Counted from the stretch's first letter, positions 37,831 through 47,726 are shown. The stretch: 64,000 nucleotides of DNA from Candidatus Aminicenantes bacterium (GCA_963702005.1 OY969696.1:2240001-2304000); one strand, 5' to 3'. Notes: generated from the sequence alone by a model not told the origin. Numbers and translations are program-made.

Positions 37831-38733
37831 CGTATCCGAGGAATTGCGAAGGGATTCGATCCTGGCCGCCACGTCCTTGATTGTCTTGTCGAGCCGGTCG
37901 ATCTTGGAGTAGAGGCCGACCAGTTCCAGGTTGTCGGGCCGTTCCTCGTTGACGATCGCTCCCAAAGTCTCGTACAGGGGGTCCATGAGCCGCTCCGTCT
38001 CCCGGATGCGGTCTTGGATGCGGTCCTTGTCCTTTCCCCATTCCCGGATCTCGGCCTCGAGCGACCGGATCTGGACCCGGCCCTTTTCGCGGATGTCCGC
38101 GATGCGGTTGTCCATCTCCTCGAGGGCTTTTTGGACGCCGTCCATCTCCCCGGTCAAAGCGTCCCTGTCCTTCCGCGGCCCCGCCAGCCGGGCCTCCAGG
38201 ACATCCGCCGCCTCCGTACCGGTCCCGCCCTTCTCGGCGGCCTTGATGTCCTTCTCAACGGCTTTGCCCTTCTCCTTGAGTTCGCGCCAGCGGATCTCGT
38301 GGGGCTTCTTCTTTCCTTCTTCCTCCGCGGCTTCGCGCTCGTTGAGATCCTTGAATTCCTCGAGCTTCTTGTGGAGGGTTTCCAAGCGGGCGAATACATC
38401 CTGCCATTCATTTTGCAGGGAGCGCCGTTTGTCCTCGAGGACGCGGAGCTCCTTCACGATGGACTCGGATTGGGCCGGCTGCAGGTCCAGGCTCCAGGCT
38501 TTCTTCCCGATATCCTTGATGAAGCCGAGCCTTCTCTGTTTTTCCCGCTTGAGCCTGACCTGGAGTTGAAGCCGAATGAGCCTGCGTTTTCCCCCGCTCA
38601 AGAGGTAGTTGAGACGCCGGCGCAGGTCCTTATCGCGGAGAAAAATGAAGGTGACGAGCAGGATGATGACGAAGATGAGGAGCCAGAAGGTCCAGTAAGG
38701 AAGACCCTCCCGGGGAAGCGCGTCCTGAAGCAC
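37807..38733 (-). CDS. Membrane-anchored long coiled-coil hypothetical protein
   Basis: N-terminal TM helix followed by E/K/R-rich heptad-like sequence. Confidence 0.7.
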   Translation of the reverse strand: MLQDALPREGLPYWTFWLLIFVIILLVTFIFLRDKDLRRRLNYLLSGGKRRLIRLQLQVRLKREKQRRLGFIKDIGKKAWSLDLQPAQSESIVKELRVLEDKRRSLQNEWQDVFARLETLHKKLEEFKDLNEREAAEEEGKKKPHEIRWRELKEKGKAVEKDIKAAEKGGTGTEAADVLEARLAGPRKDRDALTGEMDGVQKALEEMDNRIADIREKGRVQIRSLEAEIREWGKDKDRIQDRIRETERLMDPLYETLGAIVNEERPDNLELVGLYSKIDRLDKTIKDVAARIESLRNSSDTEFRGHTT

Positions 38734-38772
38734 CCGAATACTATTCTCCCTTGTCGCTTTTTTGTCAATCCG

Positions 38773-40044
38773 TTATTTAGGGCCGTCGAGCTTGCCTTTC
38801 TTGGGCTGGGGGGGACGGTTGGGCTTCTCCCCGTTTCCGGACGCTTGGTACTTCTGACAGGCGTCATCGATGAGAAAGAGCATGGCCGGCAGGTTCTCGG
38901 CGAAGACGGTCTGGATGTCGTTTTCGGCATTCATGAAGCCGCCGTGGACGAAGTCCAGGGGAGGGAGCTCGATCGTGAAGGCGGGGATGCCCAGAGTTCC
39001 GGAGGCAAAATCGACGGTGTCTCCGTTGGTGAGGTAGAGCAGGGAGGCGGCTTCCGGCGTGTAGTCTCTTCCGTTGACGGGGCGGATGAGCTCGGCCATG
39101 CGCCCGGCCAGGGCGGCGTATTCGGCGGCTTTCGGCGCCGGCAGGGTGGTCCATCCCCAGGCGTAGAGGATGAGCTGGGAATAGCTGTGGTAGCTGACGA
39201 CGACCCGGAAATCCCGGGCTTCGCACAGGCCGCGAATGATCCTCGTCTCGGGCTCGGAGAAAGGCTCCCGGCCGCGGAAGACATCCGAGGACGGATCCGG
39301 ACTCGAGCCCTCGTTGTCGACGCCCCACATATAGCCGTAGTTCCGGTTGAGGTCGACGCCGAAACTCCCGTCGACGTTGAAGCGCCGGTTCTTGCGCCAC
39401 CAGCGGTAAGTTTGGATCGAGTACTCCAGGCCGTCGGGGTTGACGAGCGGAATGATCCAGATTTCGGCCGAATCCACCAGCTTGCGGGCGGTTTCGTTCG
39501 TCCTGTACTCTCCGGTCAGGAAATGGGCGAGAAGAAGCGGAACTTCGACCGAAATCCATTCCCGGGCGTGGTGACAGCCCAGGAACAGGACCTCGGGCTC
39601 GTCCTCGTCGCGGTCGGGATGGTCGCTGATCTTAAGGGCGTAGATGGTCCGGCCTTCGAGCGTCGTCCCGAGCCGAGACAGCCTGGCTATCGCCGGATAG
39701 GCGCGTTCGATGCTCAGGAGATCCTGCTCGAGCTCGACGTAAGAGTGATAGGCGCCGTTGAGTCCGCCTTGGGATGCGGCGCCGGGGGGCGGGGGCGGGG
39801 CCAAGCGCGCCGTTTCGAAGGCGAAGGGGACGCCGAGGCTTCGAAGCCGGGGAAGGTCTCCGGGGGCGAGCACGAGGTAAATTTTATGATCCCATTCCAT
39901 GAGGCGGTCGAGGGGCGTCCGGGCCAGCTTGATCCTGTTTTCCTCGGTCGCCCGGACCGAGACGATATCTTGGGACCGGGCGGTTGTCGCAGGGACGGTC
40001 CATCCCAGGATCAAGAATAGGATCGCGGCGGCGGCTCGTTTCAT
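38773..40044 (-). CDS. Secreted M14 zinc carboxypeptidase (carboxypeptidase T-like)
   Basis: Signal peptide, HHAREW, VNPDG, WRKNR, GVDLNRN, SYHSY, TIEL. Confidence 0.92.
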   Translation of the reverse strand: MKRAAAAILFLILGWTVPATTARSQDIVSVRATEENRIKLARTPLDRLMEWDHKIYLVLAPGDLPRLRSLGVPFAFETARLAPPPPPGAASQGGLNGAYHSYVELEQDLLSIERAYPAIARLSRLGTTLEGRTIYALKISDHPDRDEDEPEVLFLGCHHAREWISVEVPLLLAHFLTGEYRTNETARKLVDSAEIWIIPLVNPDGLEYSIQTYRWWRKNRRFNVDGSFGVDLNRNYGYMWGVDNEGSSPDPSSDVFRGREPFSEPETRIIRGLCEARDFRVVVSYHSYSQLILYAWGWTTLPAPKAAEYAALAGRMAELIRPVNGRDYTPEAASLLYLTNGDTVDFASGTLGIPAFTIELPPLDFVHGGFMNAENDIQTVFAENLPAMLFLIDDACQKYQASGNGEKPNRPPQPKKGKLDGPK

Positions 40045-41286
40045 TTAAAGCCCGTATCCGAGGGCCAGGGCCGCTCGGTTCGTCCGCAGTTTCCGGCCCG
40101 AACCGTTCTCGGTCCCGAATGAAGCCCCGATGTCGAGCGAGAGATGATCCCAGACGAGGCCGGTCCCGACCGTCCATCCGAGGTAGCCGGACCTGGGGTC
40201 CTTCATGGGCTGAGGGTCGTAGACGATCCCGGCGCGGAAGGGGAGCGTCAGGTTCAAGCCCCAAACCCGGATTTCGGACAGATATTCGGCCCCGGCGCCG
40301 AGCTTCCATGCGTTCCGGAAGGCCCGCGTCTTCGTCTCGTCGAAATAGCGAAATTCGTAGGAAGTCCAATTCAGAAACGTCAAATCGGCGGCCAAGCGGA
40401 GCTGGGGGAGCACCGTCCAGCTGACCCCGGCCCCGGCCGCCATCGGTAAGCGGCTTTTGTCCCGAGATGAGGCTCTAATGGAGATGGATGTTGCCCCCGA
40501 AACGGGCGTATAGTTCAAGGTGCTTGCCGAGTCGGATTTCACGACGAACGGCGCCCGGAGGGCGAACCCCAGCCGGAGGCCGGCCAGAGGCTCCCAGGAT
40601 ACGCCGCCGTTTATAAAGAAACCGGACAGATCCTGATGACGATCATCGTGGATTACAAAGCCCGCATAAGCGTAATCTTCTTCGGAGCTCAGCTCCGTCG
40701 TTCCCGACAGCAGCCCGACGCCTAAGCCGATCGAGAGGCCGGGGCGAAGTTCTCCGGCCAAGGCCAGATGAACGGTCCTAAGAATCCCCTTCTGATGCCA
40801 GCGGAAACTGTAGAGGAAGCGGCTCCCTTCGTAGTAATCGAAGGCGACCTTGGGCCGGTCGTAGACTTCGACCAGGGCCGCGTTGAGGGCGACGGCCCAG
40901 CGGCCGAAGCGGAACGCCAACCCGCCCCAGTCGAGGGCGGAGACGTCGATCGTCAGATTCCCTTGAGTCGTAAAAACTCCGGTGTTGATCGGGCCGAACC
41001 GGAAGATCGCCGCCTGGCGCCGGGAACCGTTCAAGCCCAAAGTCAGCTTGGCAAGCCGGGTCAACAGGGCCGGATTGCCGAGGGCGCAGGAGGGGTCGGA
41101 GGCGAAGGCATAGCCGGTTTCGCCCCGTCCCAAGGACGGTGCCGTCAGAAAAGGAAACGTATTCCAGGTCCCGGCCGGCGCCTCGATCTCATACTGTCCC
41201 ATGACGAGCTGGGCCCGGCCCGGAACGGGAAGGGCGGCCAGCCCCAGGGCGACAAGACAAGGGATGAGGCGGGGGAACGTCCTCAT
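40045..41286 (-). CDS. Outer-membrane beta-barrel protein, FadL/OmpP1/TodX-like
   Basis: Signal peptide, LGRGETGYA...NPA motif, alternating beta-strands, terminal LGYGL. Confidence 0.7.
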   Translation of the reverse strand: MRTFPRLIPCLVALGLAALPVPGRAQLVMGQYEIEAPAGTWNTFPFLTAPSLGRGETGYAFASDPSCALGNPALLTRLAKLTLGLNGSRRQAAIFRFGPINTGVFTTQGNLTIDVSALDWGGLAFRFGRWAVALNAALVEVYDRPKVAFDYYEGSRFLYSFRWHQKGILRTVHLALAGELRPGLSIGLGVGLLSGTTELSSEEDYAYAGFVIHDDRHQDLSGFFINGGVSWEPLAGLRLGFALRAPFVVKSDSASTLNYTPVSGATSISIRASSRDKSRLPMAAGAGVSWTVLPQLRLAADLTFLNWTSYEFRYFDETKTRAFRNAWKLGAGAEYLSEIRVWGLNLTLPFRAGIVYDPQPMKDPRSGYLGWTVGTGLVWDHLSLDIGASFGTENGSGRKLRTNRAALALGYGL

Positions 41287-41294
41287 GATCGAAA

Positions 41295-41323
41295 ATTTTA
41301 TCCGCCCGGCTCTTTATTTGCAA
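41295..41323 (-). promoter_or_regulatory. Sigma70-type promoter of the FadL-like/M14 genes
   Basis: Minus strand TTGCAA-17 nt-TAAAAT, 8 nt before the ATG. Confidence 0.55.
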
Positions 41324-41368
41324 ATGGAAAATGGCTATACTATTTGAAATTCCAGGGATGGTGTCATC

Positions 41369-42364
41369 ATGAAAGACCAGCCGATCAGGCGCATCAAAAT
41401 CTCCGGTTCAGGGTTTTATGTGCCGGACAAAATCCTGACCAACGCCGATCTCGAGAAGATGGTCGAGACGACGGACGAATGGATCGTGACCAGGACCGGG
41501 ATCCGGGAGCGGCATGTCTTGAGCGCCGAGCAAGCGACCTCCGACCTGGGCATCGAGGCGGCCCGCCGGGCGCTCAAGAGCGCCCATCTCGATATCAAGG
41601 ACATCGACCTCATCCTGGTCGCGACCAATACACCCGACATGGCATTCCCCGCAACAGCTTGCTGGATTCAGAAGGGACTTAAGGGCCCTCACGTCCCCGC
41701 TTTCGACCTCCAGGCGGGCTGCACCGGCTTTCTCTACGGAATGATCGTAGCCGAGAGCCTGATCCTGAGCGGCCACATGAAGAGGATTCTCCTCGTCGGC
41801 GCTGAAGCCCTGACGCGAATAACGAATTGGGAGGACCGATCGACCTGCATCCTGTTCGGGGACGGGGCGGGCGCTTTCATCCTTGAGGAGAGCAAGGACG
41901 AGTCGGGGATGTTGTCCCATTTCTGGGGGGCGGACGGGAACTTGGGCGATCTGCTAAGCATGCCGGGAGGCGGGAGCCGAAACCCGGCCTCCGCCGAGAC
42001 CGTGGCCAATAAGCTCCATTACCTCCAGATGAAGGGGAACGAAGTTTTCAAACATGCCGTCAAGCGGATGGGGGATGCCGCCGACCAGGCCCTTAAGCGG
42101 GCCGGCCTCAAGAAGGAGGATATCGCCTACCTCATCCCCCATCAGGCCAATATCCGCATCATCGACGCGATGGGCGAGCGGGCCGGCGTCCCCAAGGACA
42201 AGGTCTACGCTAACATCGACCGCTACGGCAACATCTCGGTCGCGACGATCCCGGGTTGCGTCCAGGAGCTCAAGGACGAAGGGAAGCTCAAGAAGGGGGA
42301 TATCCTCGTCCTCGACGCCTTCGGAGCCGGGTTCACCTGGGCGGCCGTCGTCTATTGCTGGTAA
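41369..42364 (+). CDS. fabH: 3-oxoacyl-ACP synthase III
   Basis: WIVTRTGIRER, AGCTGF, LFGDGAGA, PHQAN, YGN, FGAGFTW. Confidence 0.95.
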   Translation: MKDQPIRRIKISGSGFYVPDKILTNADLEKMVETTDEWIVTRTGIRERHVLSAEQATSDLGIEAARRALKSAHLDIKDIDLILVATNTPDMAFPATACWIQKGLKGPHVPAFDLQAGCTGFLYGMIVAESLILSGHMKRILLVGAEALTRITNWEDRSTCILFGDGAGAFILEESKDESGMLSHFWGADGNLGDLLSMPGGGSRNPASAETVANKLHYLQMKGNEVFKHAVKRMGDAADQALKRAGLKKEDIAYLIPHQANIRIIDAMGERAGVPKDKVYANIDRYGNISVATIPGCVQELKDEGKLKKGDILVLDAFGAGFTWAAVVYCW

Positions 42365-42366
42365 TA

Positions 42367-42447
42367 AATAATTCTGGGGACACACGACTTAATTCAGAAA
42401 ATAAATTAGGTATACTCGGAATTAAGTCGTGTGTCCCCAGAATTATT
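42367..42447. repeat. Family-A repeat, copy 3
   Basis: Perfect 29-bp inverted arms AATAATTCTGGGGACACACGACTTAATTC with a 23-nt spacer, between convergent genes. Confidence 0.9.
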
Positions 42448-42454
42448 CCCGAAG

Positions 42455-42961
42455 CTACTCTTCGAGGAGGGGCGTTACGACCTTGACCAGGACGTCCTTC
42501 TCCATCAGGCCGACATGCCGGTGGCGGATGATGCCCTTCTTGTCGATGATGATCGTGGCCGGGATGTACTGGCCGGGCCGATAGGCTTGGGCGATCTCCT
42601 GGGTCCCGAAGGCCACGGTGTAGTTCATTTTCATCTCCCGGGCGAAATCCCCGAGGTCGGTCTCGGGAATGTCCTCCATGGTGACGCCGATGATCTCGAG
42701 CCCTCGGCCGCTCAGCTCGTCATAGACATCGACGAAATCGGGGATTTCGGCACGGCAGGGCGGGCACCAGGTCGCCCAGAAATTGAGGACGAGGACCTTG
42801 CCTTCGTAATCGGCCAAGGTGACCGTCCGTCCCTGAAGATCCTTGAGCGAGAAGTCCGGGGCGGCCACGTTGGTCTGGGAGCTTCCGGCCCCGGCGCAAG
42901 CCGCGGCTAAGAACAGCAAAACGGTTACCATACCGATCGTCGTTTTCAAAGCAGTCTCCAC
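42455..42961 (-). CDS. TlpA-family thiol:disulfide oxidoreductase (probable lipoprotein)
   Basis: APDFSL, NFWATWCPPCRAEIP, IPATIIID; lipobox-like LAAAC. Confidence 0.9.
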   Translation of the reverse strand: METALKTTIGMVTVLLFLAAACAGAGSSQTNVAAPDFSLKDLQGRTVTLADYEGKVLVLNFWATWCPPCRAEIPDFVDVYDELSGRGLEIIGVTMEDIPETDLGDFAREMKMNYTVAFGTQEIAQAYRPGQYIPATIIIDKKGIIRHRHVGLMEKDVLVKVVTPLLEE

Positions 42962-42990
42962 GCGGTTAAATTCTTAGTAAAATCATAGTG

Positions 42991-43019
42991 ATTATAGAAT
43001 AAATCAAACTCAGGGTCAA
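42991..43019 (-). promoter_or_regulatory. Sigma70-type promoter of the TlpA gene, with -35 inside a family-C repeat arm
   Basis: Minus strand TTGACC (43014-43019)-17 nt-TATAAT (42991-42996). Confidence 0.6.
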
Positions 43020-43258
43020 ACCTGCACTTTATCATTGTGTAGGTTTGACCGAAAAAAAGGTGACAGACATCTATTTACCCAATTTTTCTTTGGTTTAAAT
43101 TCCAGACAACAATTTCTTTATTAGCTGAGCTAATCAGCGTTGATAGCTTCGGATTTAATCTCGGCTTCCCGGCGCCAGGAAATTAGGGAAATAGATGTCT
43201 GTCATTAATTGAATGCCATATTATCGGAATAAGTGACAAAGTGTAGGTTTGACCCCGA
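43013..43258. repeat. Nested repeat cluster: family-C arms (GGGGTCAAACCTACACTTTGTCACT type) enclosing a family-B element
   Basis: C arms at 43013-43036, 43037-43050 (partial) and 43231-43258; B arms at 43059-43079 and 43186-43206. Confidence 0.85.
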
Positions 43259-43262
43259 TTTA

Positions 43263-43928
43263 TTAATTAGGGGCGAGCATGCCGTCGAAGAGATGAATGG
43301 TCCGCTGGGAATGGGCGGCGATCCGGTCGTCGTGGCTGACCATGACGATGGTCCGGCCCTCTTTCCAGAGCCGGCTCAGAAGCGCCATGATCTCCTCGCC
43401 GCTTTTCGAGTCGAGGTTGCCGGTCGGCTCGTCGGCCAGAATCAAAGGCGGGTCGTTGGCCAGGGCCCGGGCCAGGGCGATCCTCTGCTGCTGCCCTCCC
43501 GAGAGCTCGGACGGCCGGTGCTCCCTCCAGTCCAGGAGCCCGACCGCGTTTAGAAGCTCGGCGACCCGCTCCCGCCGTTGTTTTCCTTTCTTCCCGTTGA
43601 ATAGGAGCGGCAGCTCGACGTTCTCCCAGGCCGTCGCATAGGGTAGGAGATTGAAGTTCTGGAAGACGAAGCCGATCGTCTTGTTCCGGATCGAAGCCAG
43701 CTGGTCGAGGCTGAGGCCGGCGACGTTCCGTCCCTCCAGGACATACTCCCCCTCGGTCGGCGTGTCCAGGCAGCCGATGATGTTCATCAATGTTGATTTT
43801 CCGGAGCCCGACGGCCCCATGATCGATACGAATTCTCCTCGGCCGATCTCGAGCGTCAGGTCGTGCAGCGCCTCGAGGGACTGGCTTCCGGTCCGATAGA
43901 CTTTCTTGATACGTCGGAATTCGATCAT
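43263..43928 (-). CDS. ABC transporter ATP-binding protein (MacB/LolD-like)
   Basis: [28 protein letters not shown]. Confidence 0.93.
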   Translation of the reverse strand: MIEFRRIKKVYRTGSQSLEALHDLTLEIGRGEFVSIMGPSGSGKSTLMNIIGCLDTPTEGEYVLEGRNVAGLSLDQLASIRNKTIGFVFQNFNLLPYATAWENVELPLLFNGKKGKQRRERVAELLNAVGLLDWREHRPSELSGGQQQRIALARALANDPPLILADEPTGNLDSKSGEEIMALLSRLWKEGRTIVMVSHDDRIAAHSQRTIHLFDGMLAPN

Positions 43929-43941
43929 GGCCGCACCTCTT

Positions 43942-45192
43942 TTATTCATAGCGGAGGGACTCGATCGGGTTGAGCCGTGAGGCCCGGAGGGCCGGGAAGA
44001 TGCCCGACAGGAAGACGGGGACGCCGACGACGACCAGGAAGATGACCAGAATCTGCACAGAGAATACGGGACGCAGCAGATAGCCGCCCAGGTCGAAGCT
44101 GTCGTAGTTGACCGGGATGCGCCTGACGAGATGGATGATGTTGAAGGCCGTCACGAAGCCCCAGAAGGTCCCCTTGGCGAAAATAAACAGCGTCTCCAGG
44201 ACGATCTGGAGGATAATGACCCGGCGCTTGGCGCCCAGGGCCATCTTGATCCCGATCTCCTGGGTCCGCTCCTTGACGACGGCGTACATGAGGTTGGTGA
44301 CGCCCACGGCGCCGATAAGCAGAGTCAGGGCCCCCATGATCCCCAGGAAGATTTCGATCCCCTTGAAGATGGCCAGGGAGTCCTTGGAATTCTCGATCGT
44401 GTTCCAGATGCCCAGCGCGTAGCGGTCGTCGCTCGCGAAGCGGTACTTGCGTCCGAGGAGGGTCCGAACCCTCTCCTCGATGAGCAGGGAGTAGCGCGGC
44501 TCCTTGGGCCGGATATGGATGCGATCCAGGTAGGGCTGACTGTCGATCTGGCCGAAAGAGGAGAAGGGGAGATAAACCTGATCGGCGTCGGGCCCGTTGT
44601 ACATCGAATCTTGGAGCTTCTTTTGCAGGACCCCGATGACGGTGAAGGGGACCCGGTTGACGACGATCGACTGTCCGATCGGATCCTCGGCCCCGAAGAG
44701 GTCCTTGGCGACGCTCCAGCCGATGAAGGCAACCTTTCGGGCGTCGCGGACGTCGTCCGGGTTGATGAAGCGCCCCCCCGGCCGGGGGATCTGGGTCCGC
44801 ATCTGGGCGAATTCGGCCGTCGTCCCATGGACGGTGCGGTTGATCTCCTTGCGCTTCGCCGAGACCGCCCAGTTGTTGTATGATTCGGGCGCGATGATGT
44901 CGATCTCGGGGATACGCGCTTTGAGATAGTCGATGTCGGCCGTATAGACATAGACGCGTCGCCCCTTGGGCAGCCCCTGGTAGGTCCGGGAGGTCTGTCC
45001 GCCGCTGATCATGATCAGGTCCTGGCCCAGCCCGCTGAAGCTGATCCTGAACTGTTCGGTCATGCCCCGTCCGAAGCCGAGGAAGATGATGATGGACATC
45101 GTTCCCCAGAATAGGGCGAAGGTGATTAGGGCGGCCTTCTTACGGCGCTTGCGGTATTCGCTCAAGAAAAAACGGAGGAGCGTCAGATTCAT
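43942..45192 (-). CDS. ABC transporter permease (MacB/FtsX family)
   Basis: MacB periplasmic core, VKERTQEIGIKMALGA, PALRASRLNPIESLRYE. Confidence 0.92.
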   Translation of the reverse strand: MNLTLLRFFLSEYRKRRKKAALITFALFWGTMSIIIFLGFGRGMTEQFRISFSGLGQDLIMISGGQTSRTYQGLPKGRRVYVYTADIDYLKARIPEIDIIAPESYNNWAVSAKRKEINRTVHGTTAEFAQMRTQIPRPGGRFINPDDVRDARKVAFIGWSVAKDLFGAEDPIGQSIVVNRVPFTVIGVLQKKLQDSMYNGPDADQVYLPFSSFGQIDSQPYLDRIHIRPKEPRYSLLIEERVRTLLGRKYRFASDDRYALGIWNTIENSKDSLAIFKGIEIFLGIMGALTLLIGAVGVTNLMYAVVKERTQEIGIKMALGAKRRVIILQIVLETLFIFAKGTFWGFVTAFNIIHLVRRIPVNYDSFDLGGYLLRPVFSVQILVIFLVVVGVPVFLSGIFPALRASRLNPIESLRYE

Positions 45193-45193
45193 A

Positions 45194-46429
45194 TCATTTT
45201 CTCAGGGCGGCGATCGGATTGGTCGAGGCGGCCCGCCGGGCCGGGATGAGGCCGGAGATGGTCCCGATTCCGAGCAGGATGAGAATGGTCGAGATGACGA
45301 CCACGGGGCTGAGGCTGGGGGTGCCCACGAATTCGATAAAATCTTTGGCCGGCAGGGATTGGACAAGCCGGATGACGAAGGTCGACAGGGCGAATCCGAT
45401 GAAGCCGCCCAGGAGCATGATGGCCAGGGACTCGCTGAAGAACTGGGCCAGGATGGTCCGGCGGCGGGCCCCCACGGCCAGCTTGATGCCGATCTCGCGC
45501 GTCCGCTCCTCGACGACGACCATCATGATCGAGGCGACGCCCACTCCTCCGACAAGCAGCGTGAAAGACCCCAAAACGCCCAGGAAGATGTTGAAGGCCA
45601 GGAAGAAGACCGTGAACATCTTCTCGTTCTCCAGGGTGTCCCAGACGGCGATGGCATCGGTGTCCTTGGGGTCGAAGCCGATGAGCTTGGAGAAATGCTG
45701 CTTGATGTCCTGGGTCACGGCCGTGCTCCGCCCCAGGTCCAGCGGGCGGTAGATGATGTTCGAGACGTATTTCTGGCCGTAGAGGGCGGAGAATGTCGTC
45801 CAGGGTATGAAGGCGCAGCGCTCGTCGCGCCCTCCATTATAGTTCGAGTTTTGATTCTTCTTAGCCATGACGCCGACGACGGTGAACGGGACGCCTTCGA
45901 TCAGGATCTGGTGCCCCAGCGGATCGTCGTCGAAAAATAGGTCCTTGGCCAGGACGTCTCCGATGAAACAAACCCGCCTTCGCTCCTCCATATCCGGCGT
46001 GTTGATGAAGCGTCCCCGTCCTGCGATCGTGTTGCGCATCCTTTCGAACGAGGGGTTGACGCCGCGGACGGTGCTCAGGAATTCCTGCCGCCCGTAGCGG
46101 ATGCGCTGGCCCTGGACGAACTCGGGGCTGAGGAGCTCGATGCCCGGCACTTTCCGGACAAGGTCCTCCGCCTGTTCCGGTGTCACCCGGACGGGTTTTC
46201 CCTTCTGGAGCCCCTGGTAGGGCAGGGTGGTTCTCGAGGGGAAAAGGAGAACGATCCCGACACCCATGCCGTGGAAGCGCTTGCGTTGGGCCTGGCCCAC
46301 CGACTCGCCGAAGGCGACCATGAGGACGACTGAAAAGGTTCCCCAGACGACGCCGGAGAGCGTCAAGACGGTCCTCAGCGGTTGGCGAACCAGGTCGCGG
46401 GCCAGGTTTCGGAAAAATGTTGCGATCAC
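45194..46429 (-). CDS. ABC transporter permease (MacB/FtsX family)
   Basis: VEERTREIGIKLAVGA, PARRAASTNPIAALR. Confidence 0.92.
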   Translation of the reverse strand: MIATFFRNLARDLVRQPLRTVLTLSGVVWGTFSVVLMVAFGESVGQAQRKRFHGMGVGIVLLFPSRTTLPYQGLQKGKPVRVTPEQAEDLVRKVPGIELLSPEFVQGQRIRYGRQEFLSTVRGVNPSFERMRNTIAGRGRFINTPDMEERRRVCFIGDVLAKDLFFDDDPLGHQILIEGVPFTVVGVMAKKNQNSNYNGGRDERCAFIPWTTFSALYGQKYVSNIIYRPLDLGRSTAVTQDIKQHFSKLIGFDPKDTDAIAVWDTLENEKMFTVFFLAFNIFLGVLGSFTLLVGGVGVASIMMVVVEERTREIGIKLAVGARRRTILAQFFSESLAIMLLGGFIGFALSTFVIRLVQSLPAKDFIEFVGTPSLSPVVVISTILILLGIGTISGLIPARRAASTNPIAALRK

Positions 46430-47505
46430 TTAATCTCCCGGGGCGGCCGTTCCACGACCGCTTCGCCTTCGGCCAGCCCGCTTTGGATCTCGACGCTAAG
46501 CCCGTCCGAAAGGCCGGTCTGGACTTCCTTCTTTTCGACGGCCTCGCCCTTCCGGATCTCGACGTACTTCTTTCCGTTCTCGAACAAGACGAGGCGCTCG
46601 GGCAGGGTTAGGATGTCCTTTCGCTCCCGGACGGTTATCGTGGCCGTGGCCGAATAGCCGGCCCGGAGTTGCTGTCCGCCCGCGTCGACGACCAGGATCT
46701 CGATGTCGAACAGGGTCGCGTTGCCGTCTTTCTTGGCCTTGGGGAAGATCCGCTCGACGCGGCCCGTGATCTTGCTGTCGGGCAGGGCCCCGATCTGGAT
46801 GTCCGCTTCGGTGCCGATTATGATCTTACCCACGTCGATCTCGTCGACCGTCCCCTTGAAAAGGAGATAACCCATGTCGGCCAGCGAGCACATCTCGGTC
46901 CCGGGCTGATAATTGGTCAGCGGGACGATCGGATCGCCCTCGAAGACGCTCTGGGAGAGGACCATACCCTTGATGGGCGATTTGACGATCGAGTCGATTT
47001 CGCGGTTGGACATCCGGATGCGACCCTTCTCCATGAGTTCGAAGCGCTCCATGGCGATCTTGTGCCTCAGGTTCGCTTCGTTGAAGGCCGAGTCGATGGC
47101 GTCCATCTCGGCCTGGGAGACCAGGGCGCCCCGGAAGAGCTGAAGTGTCCGTTCCCGGTCGGTCTGGAGCTTGTCGAGCGTGACCTGGGCGACCTCGATA
47201 TTTCGCCGGGCATCGACGTATTCGACCGGCGTCGGGTTGGGCGAGATCTTGAAGAGGGGGCTGCCGGGCTTGACCGGGTCGCCGACCTTGAACATGACCG
47301 CGGCCACAATACCGGGGATAGTCGATTTGACCTTGATCTCCTTATCCGGCTCGATCGTGCCCACGGCCAGGGCTTTTTCGCTGATCGTGCCCCGGACGAC
47401 TTTAACCTCGTTCAGGGTCGCCTTAGCCTTACGGCCTGACAAGAGGAGATAGATAAAGACGCCGACGAAAGCGACGGCCAGGATTCTCCACAGCCATTTT
47501 TTCAT
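46426..47505 (-). CDS. Efflux periplasmic adaptor (membrane fusion protein, MacA/HlyD family)
   Basis: N-terminal TM helix, lipoyl-like halves (VKSTIPGIV, VKSPIKGMV), VDEIDVG, GLAEGEAV. Confidence 0.9.
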   Translation of the reverse strand: MKKWLWRILAVAFVGVFIYLLLSGRKAKATLNEVKVVRGTISEKALAVGTIEPDKEIKVKSTIPGIVAAVMFKVGDPVKPGSPLFKISPNPTPVEYVDARRNIEVAQVTLDKLQTDRERTLQLFRGALVSQAEMDAIDSAFNEANLRHKIAMERFELMEKGRIRMSNREIDSIVKSPIKGMVLSQSVFEGDPIVPLTNYQPGTEMCSLADMGYLLFKGTVDEIDVGKIIIGTEADIQIGALPDSKITGRVERIFPKAKKDGNATLFDIEILVVDAGGQQLRAGYSATATITVRERKDILTLPERLVLFENGKKYVEIRKGEAVEKKEVQTGLSDGLSVEIQSGLAEGEAVVERPPREIK

Positions 47506-47533
47506 GCTACACCTCTATTAGGGCTCTTGTGTA

Positions 47534-47561
47534 TAGACGTAAGCCGGCCGCAAAAGGTTCG
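47534..47561 (-). promoter_or_regulatory. Candidate ECF-sigma promoter of the ABC exporter operon
   Basis: Minus strand GAACC-16 nt-CGTCTA, matching the common ECF AAC/CGT pattern, about 30 nt before the start codon. Confidence 0.5.
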
Positions 47562-47586
47562 GGGTCAAACCTACACTTTGTCACTT
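47559..47586. repeat. Family-C repeat arm (exact inverted copy of 43231-43258)
   Basis: TCGGGGTCAAACCTACACTTTGTCACTT. Confidence 0.85.
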
Positions 47587-47613
47587 TTTCCAATTATCAG
47601 GCGGCCGCGCGGC

Positions 47614-47643
47614 TTGACAGATCTCTTCGTCCTGATTTACCAT
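47614..47643 (+). promoter_or_regulatory. Sigma70-type promoter of the 47755-51416 gene cluster
   Basis: TTGACA-18 nt-TACCAT. Confidence 0.5.
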
Positions 47644-47657
47644 CTGCCGCGAGAGAA

Positions 47658-47726
47658 AATAATTCTGGGGACACACGACTTAATTCACAGGCGCGCGGAA
47701 TTAAGTCGTGTGTCCCCAGAATTATT
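47658..47726. repeat. Family-A repeat, copy 4
   Basis: Perfect 29-bp inverted arms with an 11-nt spacer. Confidence 0.9.
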
